Origin: a virus
IMG/VR virus record: IMGVR_UViG_3300023240_000010
DNA length: 64,000 nt
Direction: 5' to 3' (one strand)
The position numbers were made by a program, and so were the translations under genes. The notes under the pieces were generated by a model, which was not told where the DNA came from, did no database searches, and worked only from the letters and a program-made list of their open reading frames with translations. Below, in pieces: positions 26,084-35,857 of the stretch; the first letter of the stretch is position 1, and each line of letters opens with the position of its first letter.

Positions 26084-27076
26084 TTAATCCTTCAGATTTT
26101 TGTAGTTAATACATTCATCCAATAAGGGCAACTTATCAGTCGTGCTGGCGAACATACGAACATCGTTCTCAAACTCTCCACCAAATGATCGTGCTTGCTT
26201 GTAACTAATACCAGAATCAGTACGACCACGAATGAACGTCGGAATCATTACATCACGATTAGTAAGATCAGGTGATTTCTCAATCATACGGCGAACGATA
26301 GATGGATTAGCACCACCGGTGTCCATAATTGCATCATGCAACTGATTAAAGTATGTTTGCTTCACTGCTTTGAATCCAGACACTGCTAACTTAGCATACG
26401 CAACTTCAAAGATAGAACCAGTAATAAACTGTTGTGCAGAGAATACACTTGTGTGTTGCATAATCTTCATATGCTCTGGAATAACTGCTGGATCACCACC
26501 GAAATACTCTACTGCTGGAGATAGAATGTTACCAATGTCAGTATCATCACCAAAGACAGGATTATACGTGACTTTCTTCATCATAACTTCATAAGTAAGT
26601 GCTTTAATCAGACGCTCAATAGTTTCAATATTGATGCTAGTCTTGATACATACACCACTACCACAACCTCTAATCAACTTGTTAACCATATTGATAAGTT
26701 CGGCATCATCCACAGAATCGTTCTTCAATAGAGGAACGGGGGTGCAGATGAACGTGATGCCTGGTTTCCAATCAACCAAATCATCGATACCTTCTAAACC
26801 AGAAATAATCATAGTATCGACTGTCTTACCGTCGAATGCTAATTGCATTGCTTGAGCGACTGTATTATCACCGATAACACCGATACGAATCTTCTGATCA
26901 CCACCACCAGATTGCTTCGATGCCGCCTGATCATCTAACTGTTGTTTTACTTCTTCACCTCGACCTGCCGCAATCATATCTGCCTGTTCTTGTGTTAAGG
27001 ATTCTGAATGCATCGTTGGTCCGGATCCCGTTCCTTCTACCAACTCACCTTCACTAATATCTCTAATATCACTCAT
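26084..27076 (-). CDS. degenerate UDP-glucose dehydrogenase-like protein
   Basis: IGVIG, FICTPVP..DSVD, IKTSI, YNP, AK...GF.AVK.TYFNQ; catalytic GGxCxxKD replaced by GGEFEND. Confidence 0.65.
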   Translation of the reverse strand: MSDIRDISEGELVEGTGSGPTMHSESLTQEQADMIAAGRGEEVKQQLDDQAASKQSGGGDQKIRIGVIGDNTVAQAMQLAFDGKTVDTMIISGLEGIDDLVDWKPGITFICTPVPLLKNDSVDDAELINMVNKLIRGCGSGVCIKTSINIETIERLIKALTYEVMMKKVTYNPVFGDDTDIGNILSPAVEYFGGDPAVIPEHMKIMQHTSVFSAQQFITGSIFEVAYAKLAVSGFKAVKQTYFNQLHDAIMDTGGANPSIVRRMIEKSPDLTNRDVMIPTFIRGRTDSGISYKQARSFGGEFENDVRMFASTTDKLPLLDECINYKNLKD

Positions 27077-27097
27077 ACATTTTTACCTTTCATTAAA

Positions 27098-28042
27098 TTA
27101 ATTATTTCTATACGCATATTCAACTGCTCGATCCGCTTCAACTTCTAGCGGTCTACTAGTATACCATTTTCCATTGTCATTGTCAAGTTGTCTGCATAAA
27201 TCCGCAACTTGCTTGGCAGTGATAGGATAACCTCGCTTGATTGCCGTACCTGCTGTAGCAACCATTATTTGATACATCTTGTGATACCACCCACCCTCTG
27301 CAATCGAACCATATTCTATAGCAAGACGCTTTGGAAAGAATGGACAGTCGCGATAATCTGTCCATGAGATGTTTGTTGCAGTCATCGAATTTTTACGATG
27401 CTGTATTACTGCTTGTTGCATTTCTTCGGGCAATCTGTCCAGAAAAGAATTGCCGGTCTTTGTAACGTATGGATGTTTACTTATAAGAGCAGTTGGATCA
27501 ATGCCGCTACCACCAGAATGCTTGAAGAAAAAATTATAAGCGCCTGGGTACACCGCAGGAATGTAATACATCCTTGCAAGATCCTTAGTCTGAGGGTCAC
27601 CGATTTCTCCAATATCGGTATTGAGGGCGTACCAAAACGACTTGATTTTATCATTTGGGATAGTCTCTGCAACTCTGAAGACAAGACGGAACTTATAATA
27701 GTCGTCGCGAGAACTAGCAGTAGAATAGCACACGAAGTCCAGATCGCTAAATCGAGCGATAATATCATTCTTCAGAAGGTCCAAGTCAGGAAGGAAAGTA
27801 TGCTTATCAACATCAACTGCACACCAACCTCCCCAATGCAAAGTATTGACGTTGCTACGTGTTGTGCCGTCTGCGAAAATGGCAGGACTGATAAGAGCGG
27901 ATGAGTTTTTTCCACCTTTTTCTCCATATTTAGTTGAGAGTGCTTCAAGTAATCCAACAAACTCATCCCAAGTATCAAAAGATGCCTTGCGGTGAGTCTT
28001 ATTGTCGAATGCGGATTGGAATATAGTCAGTTCGTATTTCAT
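27098..28042 (-). CDS. AEP-superfamily primase-like protein
   Basis: AVDVD (DxD), YSTASS...KFRLV, DPQTKD.ARMYY.P; helical C-terminus; promoter TTGCAT/TATAAT upstream. Confidence 0.6.
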   Translation of the reverse strand: MKYELTIFQSAFDNKTHRKASFDTWDEFVGLLEALSTKYGEKGGKNSSALISPAIFADGTTRSNVNTLHWGGWCAVDVDKHTFLPDLDLLKNDIIARFSDLDFVCYSTASSRDDYYKFRLVFRVAETIPNDKIKSFWYALNTDIGEIGDPQTKDLARMYYIPAVYPGAYNFFFKHSGGSGIDPTALISKHPYVTKTGNSFLDRLPEEMQQAVIQHRKNSMTATNISWTDYRDCPFFPKRLAIEYGSIAEGGWYHKMYQIMVATAGTAIKRGYPITAKQVADLCRQLDNDNGKWYTSRPLEVEADRAVEYAYRNN

Positions 28043-28081
28043 AAGATGTATTATAACACAGTTAATTTCAGAATGCAACCA

Positions 28082-28669
28082 TTATTTTTTAAGTGATAAT
28101 AGTCCCATTTGATTGGTTTGAGTCTTACCCTTGAAGGTTTGATCGTAGTCGAACTCTTTTACTAGTTCATACTTGCCCTGCTTGAGTACAGCAGACTTTA
28201 CTGGCGCTTGATCCCAGTTGTCTATCAGTAGATTAGGTATCGCCAACTCGTAGATAACTTCCATGTCATAGAGTGCTGCCGCTTCTGCATGATTGCCATC
28301 AACCAGTGCAAAGTCAAATACATATGAATTTATCAGTATCTCTTTAACATCTTTCGTTCTGCCTGGTACCCAAGTGAAGCGATTGATATACTTATCACGT
28401 AGAGTGACTGCCATATCTCGTCTAATCTGAGGATCGATTCGATCCCCTGGTTTACCAATCACTTCATTGTCAGGAGATACCCCAACAATTCTAGCATCAG
28501 TGTATGTCTCTAATTGGTAAGTGGTTGAATGACCAATATGAAATCCAATCTCCAATACAGACTTTGGTTTATAGTGTTCTTGCACAAACTCAAACGCATC
28601 GTACACTTGCTGTGTAGGAGGCATATAACCCCAACCTTTGTCGGGGAATGAGAGATGATCTAATTTCAT
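28082..28669 (-). CDS. class I SAM-dependent methyltransferase (Methyltransf_24-like)
   Basis: VLEIGFHIGHS motif I; FDFALVDGNH...D; IDN. Confidence 0.85.
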   Translation of the reverse strand: MKLDHLSFPDKGWGYMPPTQQVYDAFEFVQEHYKPKSVLEIGFHIGHSTTYQLETYTDARIVGVSPDNEVIGKPGDRIDPQIRRDMAVTLRDKYINRFTWVPGRTKDVKEILINSYVFDFALVDGNHAEAAALYDMEVIYELAIPNLLIDNWDQAPVKSAVLKQGKYELVKEFDYDQTFKGKTQTNQMGLLSLKK

Positions 28670-31107
28670 TAAAAGAATTCCTCTAGTGATGCTCTTGGTA
28701 CAGAACTCCATCCGACTGCTGCCAGAATGGGTTCAAGTGGTAAAAGAAAGGTCTTCTCATACTGTAAATTGTAATCGATCTGTGCATGGAGTCCAAGTTC
28801 TTTGGGTAAAGTAGTCGGGAATGAAATGACATTCTCTTTAATACGATTAGGTTGCTTCAGGTAGATAAACTTAATCTTCTCACCATCTTTAACAGTTTCG
28901 TATTTGTCAGTCATTCCTGCTTTCTTAATGTAGTGATTATATAGAAGGGCGCCACGAACATGAATTGGAGTGCCCTTACCATAAATATTCTTTCGATCCT
29001 TATACTTAGTAAGATCCGAGATACCTCTGGGGAACGCAACATCTTCGGGATCGAGAGAACTAAACTCGCTTCTGAAGTCTGCAATAAACTTCTGGGTATC
29101 TTCTTCTGTACCTTCGATGATAACCTTAAAGACTTCTTTGAACTTCTTACGACAGACCATAGGAGTCGATGACTTGATTGCTTCGATACCCATCATCTTG
29201 AGTTTAGGTTCTGCGTACTGGACGCCCTCGTTGTTATGTACATTTAGGATGTAACGCTTCTTCGCCAACCAGATACCACGATCAGCAATAACTTCTCGCT
29301 CCATCACCATGCGATTGATGTATGCATCAGTATCTTCTGCTAGTTTAGTATATGCGGCAGCAATGATTTTCTCAAAATGCTCTGAGCATATCTTATCAAG
29401 AAACTTAACAGGATCAGCAGGCGCGAACTTCGTTACCAAAGGTTCCATGTTGATATACAAGGAGTCAGTATCCATAGCAATAACATAATCTTTCTTATCT
29501 TTGAGGAGATTGTTCATCTCATCATTGACTGCTACCTCTGCTACCTTGATAGCACGTTGACCCGACATAGTAATACCCTCGGCGATACGCTGGTCGAAGT
29601 AACGGAAGTACTTATTAGCAAGCGCGCCGTAGAGACTGTTCATCAAAATCTTAATCGCCATCTGCTGATTATCCAGCGTTGCAATCTCATTCACGAGTTC
29701 ATGAGTGGGTTCAATCTCATACTTCTGCTGTGCCGCAAGCATGTTCTTCTTGATAGTAACACGATTATCATAGAACTTTCGAATCACGTTAGGAATAATA
29801 CCCTCTTTATCTTTGCGGAACGAAGCACCGTTAGCGGCAATAGCAGTAGGAATATCTTCGTCATAGCACATAGTCTCGGGTGACATATTGTACTGTACAA
29901 TGATGTTAGGATACAGAGATGCCAAATCGAATGATGTTACCCAGTTATGTGATCCTACTTGTGGTTCTTTCACGTAACCACCAACAATACGACTGACATC
30001 GTGATCGAGAGGAGGTTTAGGTGGAATAATAACATTCTTCTTAATCAACTGATTGTAGATGATAGAATCCCAGATAGAAGTTGTGCCGAATGTATCTGCA
30101 TAGTTTACTTTAGACTGGTATGCCATAGTAAGAGCAAGAGCAATCAGACCCATCTTCTCTTCGAATCGAACGATCAACTCAACATCTCTAATGTTATAGT
30201 CGATGTACTTCTGGTGATCTTCTTCGTATAGTGTGTGAAGATTACCATGTTCTTCGTATGATAGTTTTGCTTCACCGAGTATCGTCTGAGCAATATGATC
30301 CAGTTTGTAGGACTCTTGCTCACCGTATGTCAGTTTACCAAACTTCTTAAACAATTCAAGGTAGTCGAGTTGCGCAATGCCCATAATATCGTAAGTCTGG
30401 TCAACACCGTAAGCAGTTTTAGTTTCTCTCGCTTGAACTAACTTCCATGGAGAGAATGCTTTAATAGCATCATCATTGATTATATTACGAGTGCGGTTGA
30501 CTAGGTATGGAATATCAAACCCCTTTGAGTTCCAACCAGTAACGATGTCAGGGCAGTTAGCACCCCACCAGTCCAAGAAAGCACGAATCAACGCCTTCTC
30601 GTCGATCATCTTAAAGTACGTCACTTCTAAGTCATTCAGAGTTGGATCATAATCTTTAAGACCCCATACTGTGTAACCATCGCTTTGATTGTTCTTGACA
30701 CCAATAGCGGTAATAGGATGTGCCGCCTCTTGAGGTTTAGGGAAACCCTGATCAGACTTCACCTCAATATCGATTGAGCATATGTTAATTTGACTGAGAT
30801 CCCACTTGATGTCCTCTTGAGGGAATGCATCACTAATGAATTGGGTTACGAAGTTAGACTGACCGTGAACATCGAAGTTCTTCACGCCGTCATATTGTTT
30901 GGTGAATTCAGTCGCTTCTTTCATGGAATCGAACTGCATAGGTTCGACAGGAACACCGTATAGAGTTTTGTATTTACCAGTTGCTTTAGTCGATGTGACA
31001 AAAAGAGTTGGTTTATAAGGTACACGAAGTTCGACGCGCTCTCCGTTGTCATAACCGCGATAGAGTAATTTATTGCCGTATCGCGAGACGTTAGTGTAAA
31101 ATTTCAT
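28669..31107 (-). CDS. 43: family B DNA polymerase gp43
   Basis: DIE exo [39 protein letters not shown]. Confidence 0.98.
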   Translation of the reverse strand: MKFYTNVSRYGNKLLYRGYDNGERVELRVPYKPTLFVTSTKATGKYKTLYGVPVEPMQFDSMKEATEFTKQYDGVKNFDVHGQSNFVTQFISDAFPQEDIKWDLSQINICSIDIEVKSDQGFPKPQEAAHPITAIGVKNNQSDGYTVWGLKDYDPTLNDLEVTYFKMIDEKALIRAFLDWWGANCPDIVTGWNSKGFDIPYLVNRTRNIINDDAIKAFSPWKLVQARETKTAYGVDQTYDIMGIAQLDYLELFKKFGKLTYGEQESYKLDHIAQTILGEAKLSYEEHGNLHTLYEEDHQKYIDYNIRDVELIVRFEEKMGLIALALTMAYQSKVNYADTFGTTSIWDSIIYNQLIKKNVIIPPKPPLDHDVSRIVGGYVKEPQVGSHNWVTSFDLASLYPNIIVQYNMSPETMCYDEDIPTAIAANGASFRKDKEGIIPNVIRKFYDNRVTIKKNMLAAQQKYEIEPTHELVNEIATLDNQQMAIKILMNSLYGALANKYFRYFDQRIAEGITMSGQRAIKVAEVAVNDEMNNLLKDKKDYVIAMDTDSLYINMEPLVTKFAPADPVKFLDKICSEHFEKIIAAAYTKLAEDTDAYINRMVMEREVIADRGIWLAKKRYILNVHNNEGVQYAEPKLKMMGIEAIKSSTPMVCRKKFKEVFKVIIEGTEEDTQKFIADFRSEFSSLDPEDVAFPRGISDLTKYKDRKNIYGKGTPIHVRGALLYNHYIKKAGMTDKYETVKDGEKIKFIYLKQPNRIKENVISFPTTLPKELGLHAQIDYNLQYEKTFLLPLEPILAAVGWSSVPRASLEEFF

Positions 31108-31131
31108 AGATTCTCCATAGTATAAGACACC

Positions 31132-31160
31132 ATTATAACACACATGGTGAGGTCAGTCAA
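31132..31160 (-). promoter_or_regulatory. sigma70-type promoter for gp43
   Basis: TTGACT...TATAAT. Confidence 0.65.
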
Positions 31161-31165
31161 GCGAT

Positions 31166-31882
31166 TTATAGTGTCACGAAGTGAAAGTTTGGGTGTGTCT
31201 TTGAATTGTAGTATCGTTCTTTTCCTTGGAATCTAGTTCTATCTGTTACTGTGCAACCTTGATTCTCATCTATTAACTGAGTAACAGGACTATCAAGTAT
31301 CACACTTGGTTTGGTGTGAGCATGAGAAACATTAACCGAAACACCAGTCTTGTTGTCCATGCCTTTCTTCGGCCAATATACATTGTATCGATTATTGTTG
31401 TTCGCTTTACAGTATAAGTCAGTGACAGTATGGAGTATACTCATAGGTCCTCGACAGTTATGCTTCTCGTCATTAAGGACATAATCACAAAACATCTCTG
31501 CAATCTCTGGTCTAACTGTGTAACACTCAAGCGCAATACCAATATTACATGTTGGCATCTCTGTGTATTTTATCATAATACGTCTGAACATGTCAACCTG
31601 TTCTGGGATTAAATATGCATCATGCTCCATAATCCATACACGTTTGCCAATCGCGATTCTCCGCATGAGTCTGAATGTAGAGTGTATGTGTGCTATTTCT
31701 TGTGGTGATCTGTCTTTATGTTTTGATAACGTAAGATGTGGGAATAATGTATCTGGTGTTATACATTGTATTACGTTTATGTTGAGTACGTCAGATACGC
31801 ATTCAAAAGATTTGAGGGATAATTCGTTGTACTTTACTGCGAGTGGATTGTTTAGATCAACTCCCATATATGCTTCAATCAT
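31166..31882 (-). CDS. hypothetical protein, glycosyltransferase family 25-like
   Basis: EIAHIHST.RL......IMEHDA resembles GT25 EIxCxxSH...ILEDD core. Confidence 0.5.
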   Translation of the reverse strand: MIEAYMGVDLNNPLAVKYNELSLKSFECVSDVLNINVIQCITPDTLFPHLTLSKHKDRSPQEIAHIHSTFRLMRRIAIGKRVWIMEHDAYLIPEQVDMFRRIMIKYTEMPTCNIGIALECYTVRPEIAEMFCDYVLNDEKHNCRGPMSILHTVTDLYCKANNNNRYNVYWPKKGMDNKTGVSVNVSHAHTKPSVILDSPVTQLIDENQGCTVTDRTRFQGKERYYNSKTHPNFHFVTL

Positions 31883-31894
31883 TAGTTCATCCTA

Positions 31895-31920
31895 AAAGTT
31901 GGGAGGCATCTCACCTCCCG
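31895..31920 (-). terminator. intrinsic terminator
   Basis: GGGAGG-TGAGATG-CCTCCC then AACTTTT. Confidence 0.7.
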
Positions 31921-31934
31921 AGTTTTCTTGACTG

Positions 31935-32027
31935 TTAAATCAGTGCTGTGATTGATACGAACAATGCGATAGTACACATTGAACCTATTAACCAAGAACC
32001 GACCCTGTCTACTTTAGACGTTGCCAT
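31935..32027 (-). CDS. 30-aa single-pass membrane microprotein
   Basis: MATSKVDRVGSWLIGSMCTIALFVSITALI; GGAG RBS; between hsp20 and terminator. Confidence 0.6.
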   Translation of the reverse strand: MATSKVDRVGSWLIGSMCTIALFVSITALI

Positions 32028-32048
32028 TTCTTTTTTTCTCCACGAAAA

Positions 32049-32477
32049 TTAATTGATTTTAATTTTACGTGGACGCTTCTCTGCGGGCAATTCGACCTTT
32101 AGATTAACTACAAGGATACCTTTGTCCAGAGTCGCTCCTACTACTTCAACATACTCGGAAAGTCGAAAAGTTCGTTGAAACTTTTTAGTGGAAATACCTT
32201 TGTGTAGGTATTCAACAGGCGCATCCACACTTTGTTGATTGCCTGCTATGTTCAAAGTTCGCTCGTCCTGTTCAATGATAAGATCGTCCATCTCAAAACC
32301 CGCGACTGCTACCTCTATCACATAATCAAACTCGTTGATTTTTACTACGTTATGTGGAGGGTAAGTGTCTTTGGCATTTCTCGTGACAAAATCTAATTCA
32401 GCGAAGAGGTGGTCAAAACCCACAAATGATGCTCGTGGATATAGACTGGGTACTTTGATACTCGTTGTGTTCGTCAT
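32049..32477 (-). CDS. hsp20: small heat-shock protein Hsp20 (IbpA-like)
   Basis: GFD.LF, YPPHNV, IEVAVAGF, YLHKGIS...F.R.F.L, GILVV.L, P.EKRPRKI.I. Confidence 0.95.
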   Translation of the reverse strand: MTNTTSIKVPSLYPRASFVGFDHLFAELDFVTRNAKDTYPPHNVVKINEFDYVIEVAVAGFEMDDLIIEQDERTLNIAGNQQSVDAPVEYLHKGISTKKFQRTFRLSEYVEVVGATLDKGILVVNLKVELPAEKRPRKIKIN

Positions 32478-32548
32478 AGTGCTTCTCCTTAATTAAAAGC
32501 AAGATAAAAATGTAGACCGGACCATCCGCATCTACGCGCTTATTTATA
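32478..32548 (-). promoter_or_regulatory. late promoter and ROSE-like RNA thermometer in hsp20 5' UTR
   Basis: TATAAATA 32548-32541; hairpin 32535-32512; CUUGCUU-loop-AAGGAG pairing SD with bulged G. Confidence 0.7.
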
Positions 32549-32680
32549 CTAACAGTAACCCTGTTTCGTATAAAACTTGTACAGGTCAACATAGTATTGA
32601 AACTGTATTGGACTGTGATCAGGATTAGGAAGTTCCCCGAAGAGTTCTTCCATCCTGTGTATATGTTCTTCTACTGTCAC
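32549..32680 (-). CDS. small hypothetical protein (43 aa)
   Basis: GTG start overlapping regA stop; LPNPDHSP.QF.YYV.LY. Confidence 0.55.
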   Translation of the reverse strand: MTVEEHIHRMEELFGELPNPDHSPIQFQYYVDLYKFYTKQGYC

Positions 32681-33081
32681 TTGTTACCTATATTATACTT
32701 GGGACATAACTCCCACTCACTCTTTTCTTTGTGAGAAATAATCTTAATCTGTCTTAGCGGTGCGCATTCAGCAACCATCTCTTTATCAACGATGCTTACT
32801 AAACCCCAATCTGCTAACAACTGAGCAATACTATTTCTTCGTAGTAGATCCATCTCTTCTAAATTAGACTTCTTTCCGTCTAGTAGAAATAGTTCTTTAA
32901 AGTGTACAATGAAGTATCTGCCTTGCTTGTGTAGAATGTGACAAGACTGAAACAGTTTATTTTCTTTACGTGAGGCAACACCCATTCGTGTCAGAGTCTC
33001 GCGTACTTTTAAGAAGTCATCGGGTTCTTGAAGAATAACTTCTAACATATCGGACGATGTCCATAATTTAATTCCTTCCAC
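32677..33081 (-). CDS. regA: translational repressor RegA
   Basis: PDDFLKVRETLTRMG.ASRK..KL.QSCHILHKQGRYFIVHFKELF. Confidence 0.96.
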   Translation of the reverse strand: MEGIKLWTSSDMLEVILQEPDDFLKVRETLTRMGVASRKENKLFQSCHILHKQGRYFIVHFKELFLLDGKKSNLEEMDLLRRNSIAQLLADWGLVSIVDKEMVAECAPLRQIKIISHKEKSEWELCPKYNIGNK

Positions 33082-33445
33082 CTTTATAGATCCTTTTCTT
33101 AATACTTATTATTTGGTCGGGTGTGAGGAGTTTAAGAGCAGACTTTGCTTTCTCGTTGCTATAACCATAATACTCTTTAACTGCATCCACGTCATCAGAT
33201 TTGGTCGCTTTATCCCATTTAGAGAACCGCTTCCTCTTTCTAACTATATTTAGCAGAAAATGAAATTGCAGTTTCTTGTCTAAACTATGATGTTGATTCA
33301 TAGCATTAGCGACTGCAACAGTGTCTGGAAAGTAAGAAAGGGATCTATTTACCATATATGGAGCATAACCCTTCTCAGTCAGGTCATCTACCATCAGGTC
33401 TTTCTTAGTTAGATTAATCGCCATCACATAATCAAAAGGGTTCAT
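33068..33445 (-). CDS. 62: clamp loader small subunit gp62
   Basis: Y.PYMVNRSLS.F.DT...N.MN, RKRKRFSKW.K, EYYGYS.EKA. Confidence 0.92.
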   Translation of the reverse strand: MNPFDYVMAINLTKKDLMVDDLTEKGYAPYMVNRSLSYFPDTVAVANAMNQHHSLDKKLQFHFLLNIVRKRKRFSKWDKATKSDDVDAVKEYYGYSNEKAKSALKLLTPDQIISIKKRIYKGGRN

Positions 33446-34037
33446 TGTAGAATACGCCTCTTAGCAACTGCTGTATTCTGAAAATGTCCATAGCGATATC
33501 GTGTGCAGGGTTGTGAGCAATGAAGTCGCCTTCATTAACACCCTTAGGTATGAATGAGTTGTTGATATTAATACCATGACCAATTGCAATACCTTCAATC
33601 ATAGTACGAGTATCACGAACATCCCAGAATCTGTAGGGTTCTGATACGCCTAGCATATTGCATATAGATGTAGTGAGAACAGGATCAAAAGTGTTGCCTC
33701 GCGTATAAACTGTTTGACCAGGTGTCATTGTTAAACGAAGAAACGTAGGCAGTTCTGTGATTGATACATCTGTTGACAGAGGTTTGAGTTGCGACATTGC
33801 CGCTTCTCCTTGCTTCTGCCACCACGCGAGTGTATTCTTATCTACAATACGTCCATACTTCTCGACCTGCTCTTTGACATCAAACTTCATTATCTTAGCA
33901 AGACCAACTAAGTCCATATAAGAGTATGGAGTATCAGAAAGAAACATATCTTCGTCAACTGTCATTGCCGCCACGTTCACTACAGGAGCGGTGTTCAAGT
34001 CAGTGCCTAATGTTTCATAATCATAAATATTAATCAT
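33432..34037 (-). CDS. DEDDh 3'-5' exonuclease (DexA-like)
   Basis: D.ETLG, RG..FD, RDTRT, HNPAHD.A.D. Confidence 0.8.
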   Translation of the reverse strand: MINIYDYETLGTDLNTAPVVNVAAMTVDEDMFLSDTPYSYMDLVGLAKIMKFDVKEQVEKYGRIVDKNTLAWWQKQGEAAMSQLKPLSTDVSITELPTFLRLTMTPGQTVYTRGNTFDPVLTTSICNMLGVSEPYRFWDVRDTRTMIEGIAIGHGININNSFIPKGVNEGDFIAHNPAHDIAMDIFRIQQLLRGVFYNEPF

Positions 34038-34039
34038 TT

Positions 34040-34825
34040 TCAATACCATCCATTATCATAATCTATTTTATATAACTTTTTCACTCTAGCATAATCACTA
34101 GGAGTCATATTTCTTGTAATCAGTTCACTCGGTTCTAGTATCTTATAATAATCCATATAAGAAACTTGCTGTCTATTCTGTTCTGTTGTGGTACAAATAT
34201 CTAATAGAATATCTTGAGTAGACCTATAGTCCGAGTTGTTCGAAATATTCTTATGAGTATACCATACTTTTCTATCATAGTCAATACCATAAAACGAAAG
34301 AATGTGTTTATACATCTCTTCAATATTATTTAAGTTATAGACATAATCATAATTACTACGCAAACCCATATACAAAGTCTGAGTCCAGAAATGCTGATTA
34401 AGAACTTTACCTGAATACAGATCATCAAGTAGTAGTTTCACGCTAGAATATGCATCATAATCTTTGTTGATCAGAGGTATATCTTCGGGTGATGCATAGT
34501 TGCTCTTTGCCTGTAATTGAAGCATTTCGACCGCAGACTTAAATCTCTCTATAGGATCTCGCGTGACCGCGAATCGTACACTATCATATCTAAAAGGAAC
34601 ATCAAATTGATTGCCATATTTCAGAACTTGAAGTTGTCGCCAAGACGATGCCCCTCCTCTCACATGCTGAAAGTCTATCTGTTCTTTTTGAAAAGGAATA
34701 TTAGGTGCCACGACTTTCATAACCTGATGAAAGAATCCCTTTAAAGACGAGAATCCGTTCTTTGGGCATATTCTTATATCAATACCTTCGGGCAGATATA
34801 ATATGTTATCCGGTGTAATTGCCAT
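34040..34825 (-). CDS. sulfotransferase family protein (Sulfotransfer_2-like)
   Basis: PKNGFSSLK (5'-PSB loop), RDPIERFKSA (3'-PB), NQHFWTQ. Confidence 0.75.
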   Translation of the reverse strand: MAITPDNILYLPEGIDIRICPKNGFSSLKGFFHQVMKVVAPNIPFQKEQIDFQHVRGGASSWRQLQVLKYGNQFDVPFRYDSVRFAVTRDPIERFKSAVEMLQLQAKSNYASPEDIPLINKDYDAYSSVKLLLDDLYSGKVLNQHFWTQTLYMGLRSNYDYVYNLNNIEEMYKHILSFYGIDYDRKVWYTHKNISNNSDYRSTQDILLDICTTTEQNRQQVSYMDYYKILEPSELITRNMTPSDYARVKKLYKIDYDNGWY

Positions 34826-35763
34826 TAATTCATCTTCACGTTTGCCATAACCTCAGTCATACAAGCAACAATGTTTAACTCATGGTCTGCGACAAAGGCA
34901 TTCTTATACTGATAATCAGCAAGAATTAACACTAACTGCGGAATAGAATCTGGGTCGACCTTATCAAACATCTTATCATATAACGAACGAAAGATAGATG
35001 ATGCATCAACATCAATGTTATTGACGACCCAAGAGCGCATCTTCTTAAAGTCTTTTGTTTTTAGATGTTCGTATAGTTGATCAATCTGACTATCAGTACT
35101 ACAATCAATAGCAATAGACTCTAATTGACCACCCATCGAGAAGCGTTGACACTCATTGATTACTCGTCTCCAATCAGGAGCATGTTTCATAATCATGTTA
35201 GCAATAAGTTTATCGTTATATGTAACACCTTCAGTATCAAGAATTGTCTTGAGTCGTTCCATGAACTGACCACACAATTGACCCATGTCTTTCTTAGATG
35301 TATTGAATTCATATACACCACAGCGAGAATGGATAGGTTCGATGATACGGTTCTTAAAGTTACAAGTTAAGATAAATCTACAGTTGTCAGCGAACTCTTC
35401 GATGAAACCGCGTAGTGCGGGTTGAGTTGATTGCGCATTAAGATAATCTGCCTCATCTAGGATAACAACTTTAACGTCACCGCCAAGAGATACCGAAGAT
35501 GCAAATCTTCTAATCTTACCACGAAGTGTGTCGATGTTACCGTCTTCAGAACAGTTGACCACAATACAATCATAGTCAAGTTCTTTACATAGTGCCTTTG
35601 CTACAGTTGTTTTACCAAGACCAGCAGTACCAGTAAAAAGCATATTGGGCATCTCGCCGCCTTCTACGATTTTAAGGAATACATCTTTCAGTGATTTAGG
35701 AAGAATGGTGTCTTTAATTGTTTGTGGGCGATATCGCTCGGTCCAGATGAATTGGTCACTCAT
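34825..35763 (-). CDS. 44: clamp loader ATPase gp44
   Basis: W.E.YRP, G.AGLGKTT, ILDEADYL, FILTCN, SRC. Confidence 0.95.
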   Translation of the reverse strand: MSDQFIWTERYRPQTIKDTILPKSLKDVFLKIVEGGEMPNMLFTGTAGLGKTTVAKALCKELDYDCIVVNCSEDGNIDTLRGKIRRFASSVSLGGDVKVVILDEADYLNAQSTQPALRGFIEEFADNCRFILTCNFKNRIIEPIHSRCGVYEFNTSKKDMGQLCGQFMERLKTILDTEGVTYNDKLIANMIMKHAPDWRRVINECQRFSMGGQLESIAIDCSTDSQIDQLYEHLKTKDFKKMRSWVVNNIDVDASSIFRSLYDKMFDKVDPDSIPQLVLILADYQYKNAFVADHELNIVACMTEVMANVKMN

Positions 35764-35801
35764 AATATTTGTATCTCTCAAAAGTTAAAATTGTATAATA
35801 T

Positions 35802-35857
35802 AAAAAAATGTCTTGTCTACTATACGTAATTATACAGCAGACAAGACCAAAAGTCAA
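35802..35857 (-). terminator. 15-bp terminator hairpin with embedded sigma70 promoter
   Basis: GUCUUGUCUGCUGUA/UAUAGUAGACAAGAC + U7; TTGACT...TATAAT overlapping it. Confidence 0.7.
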
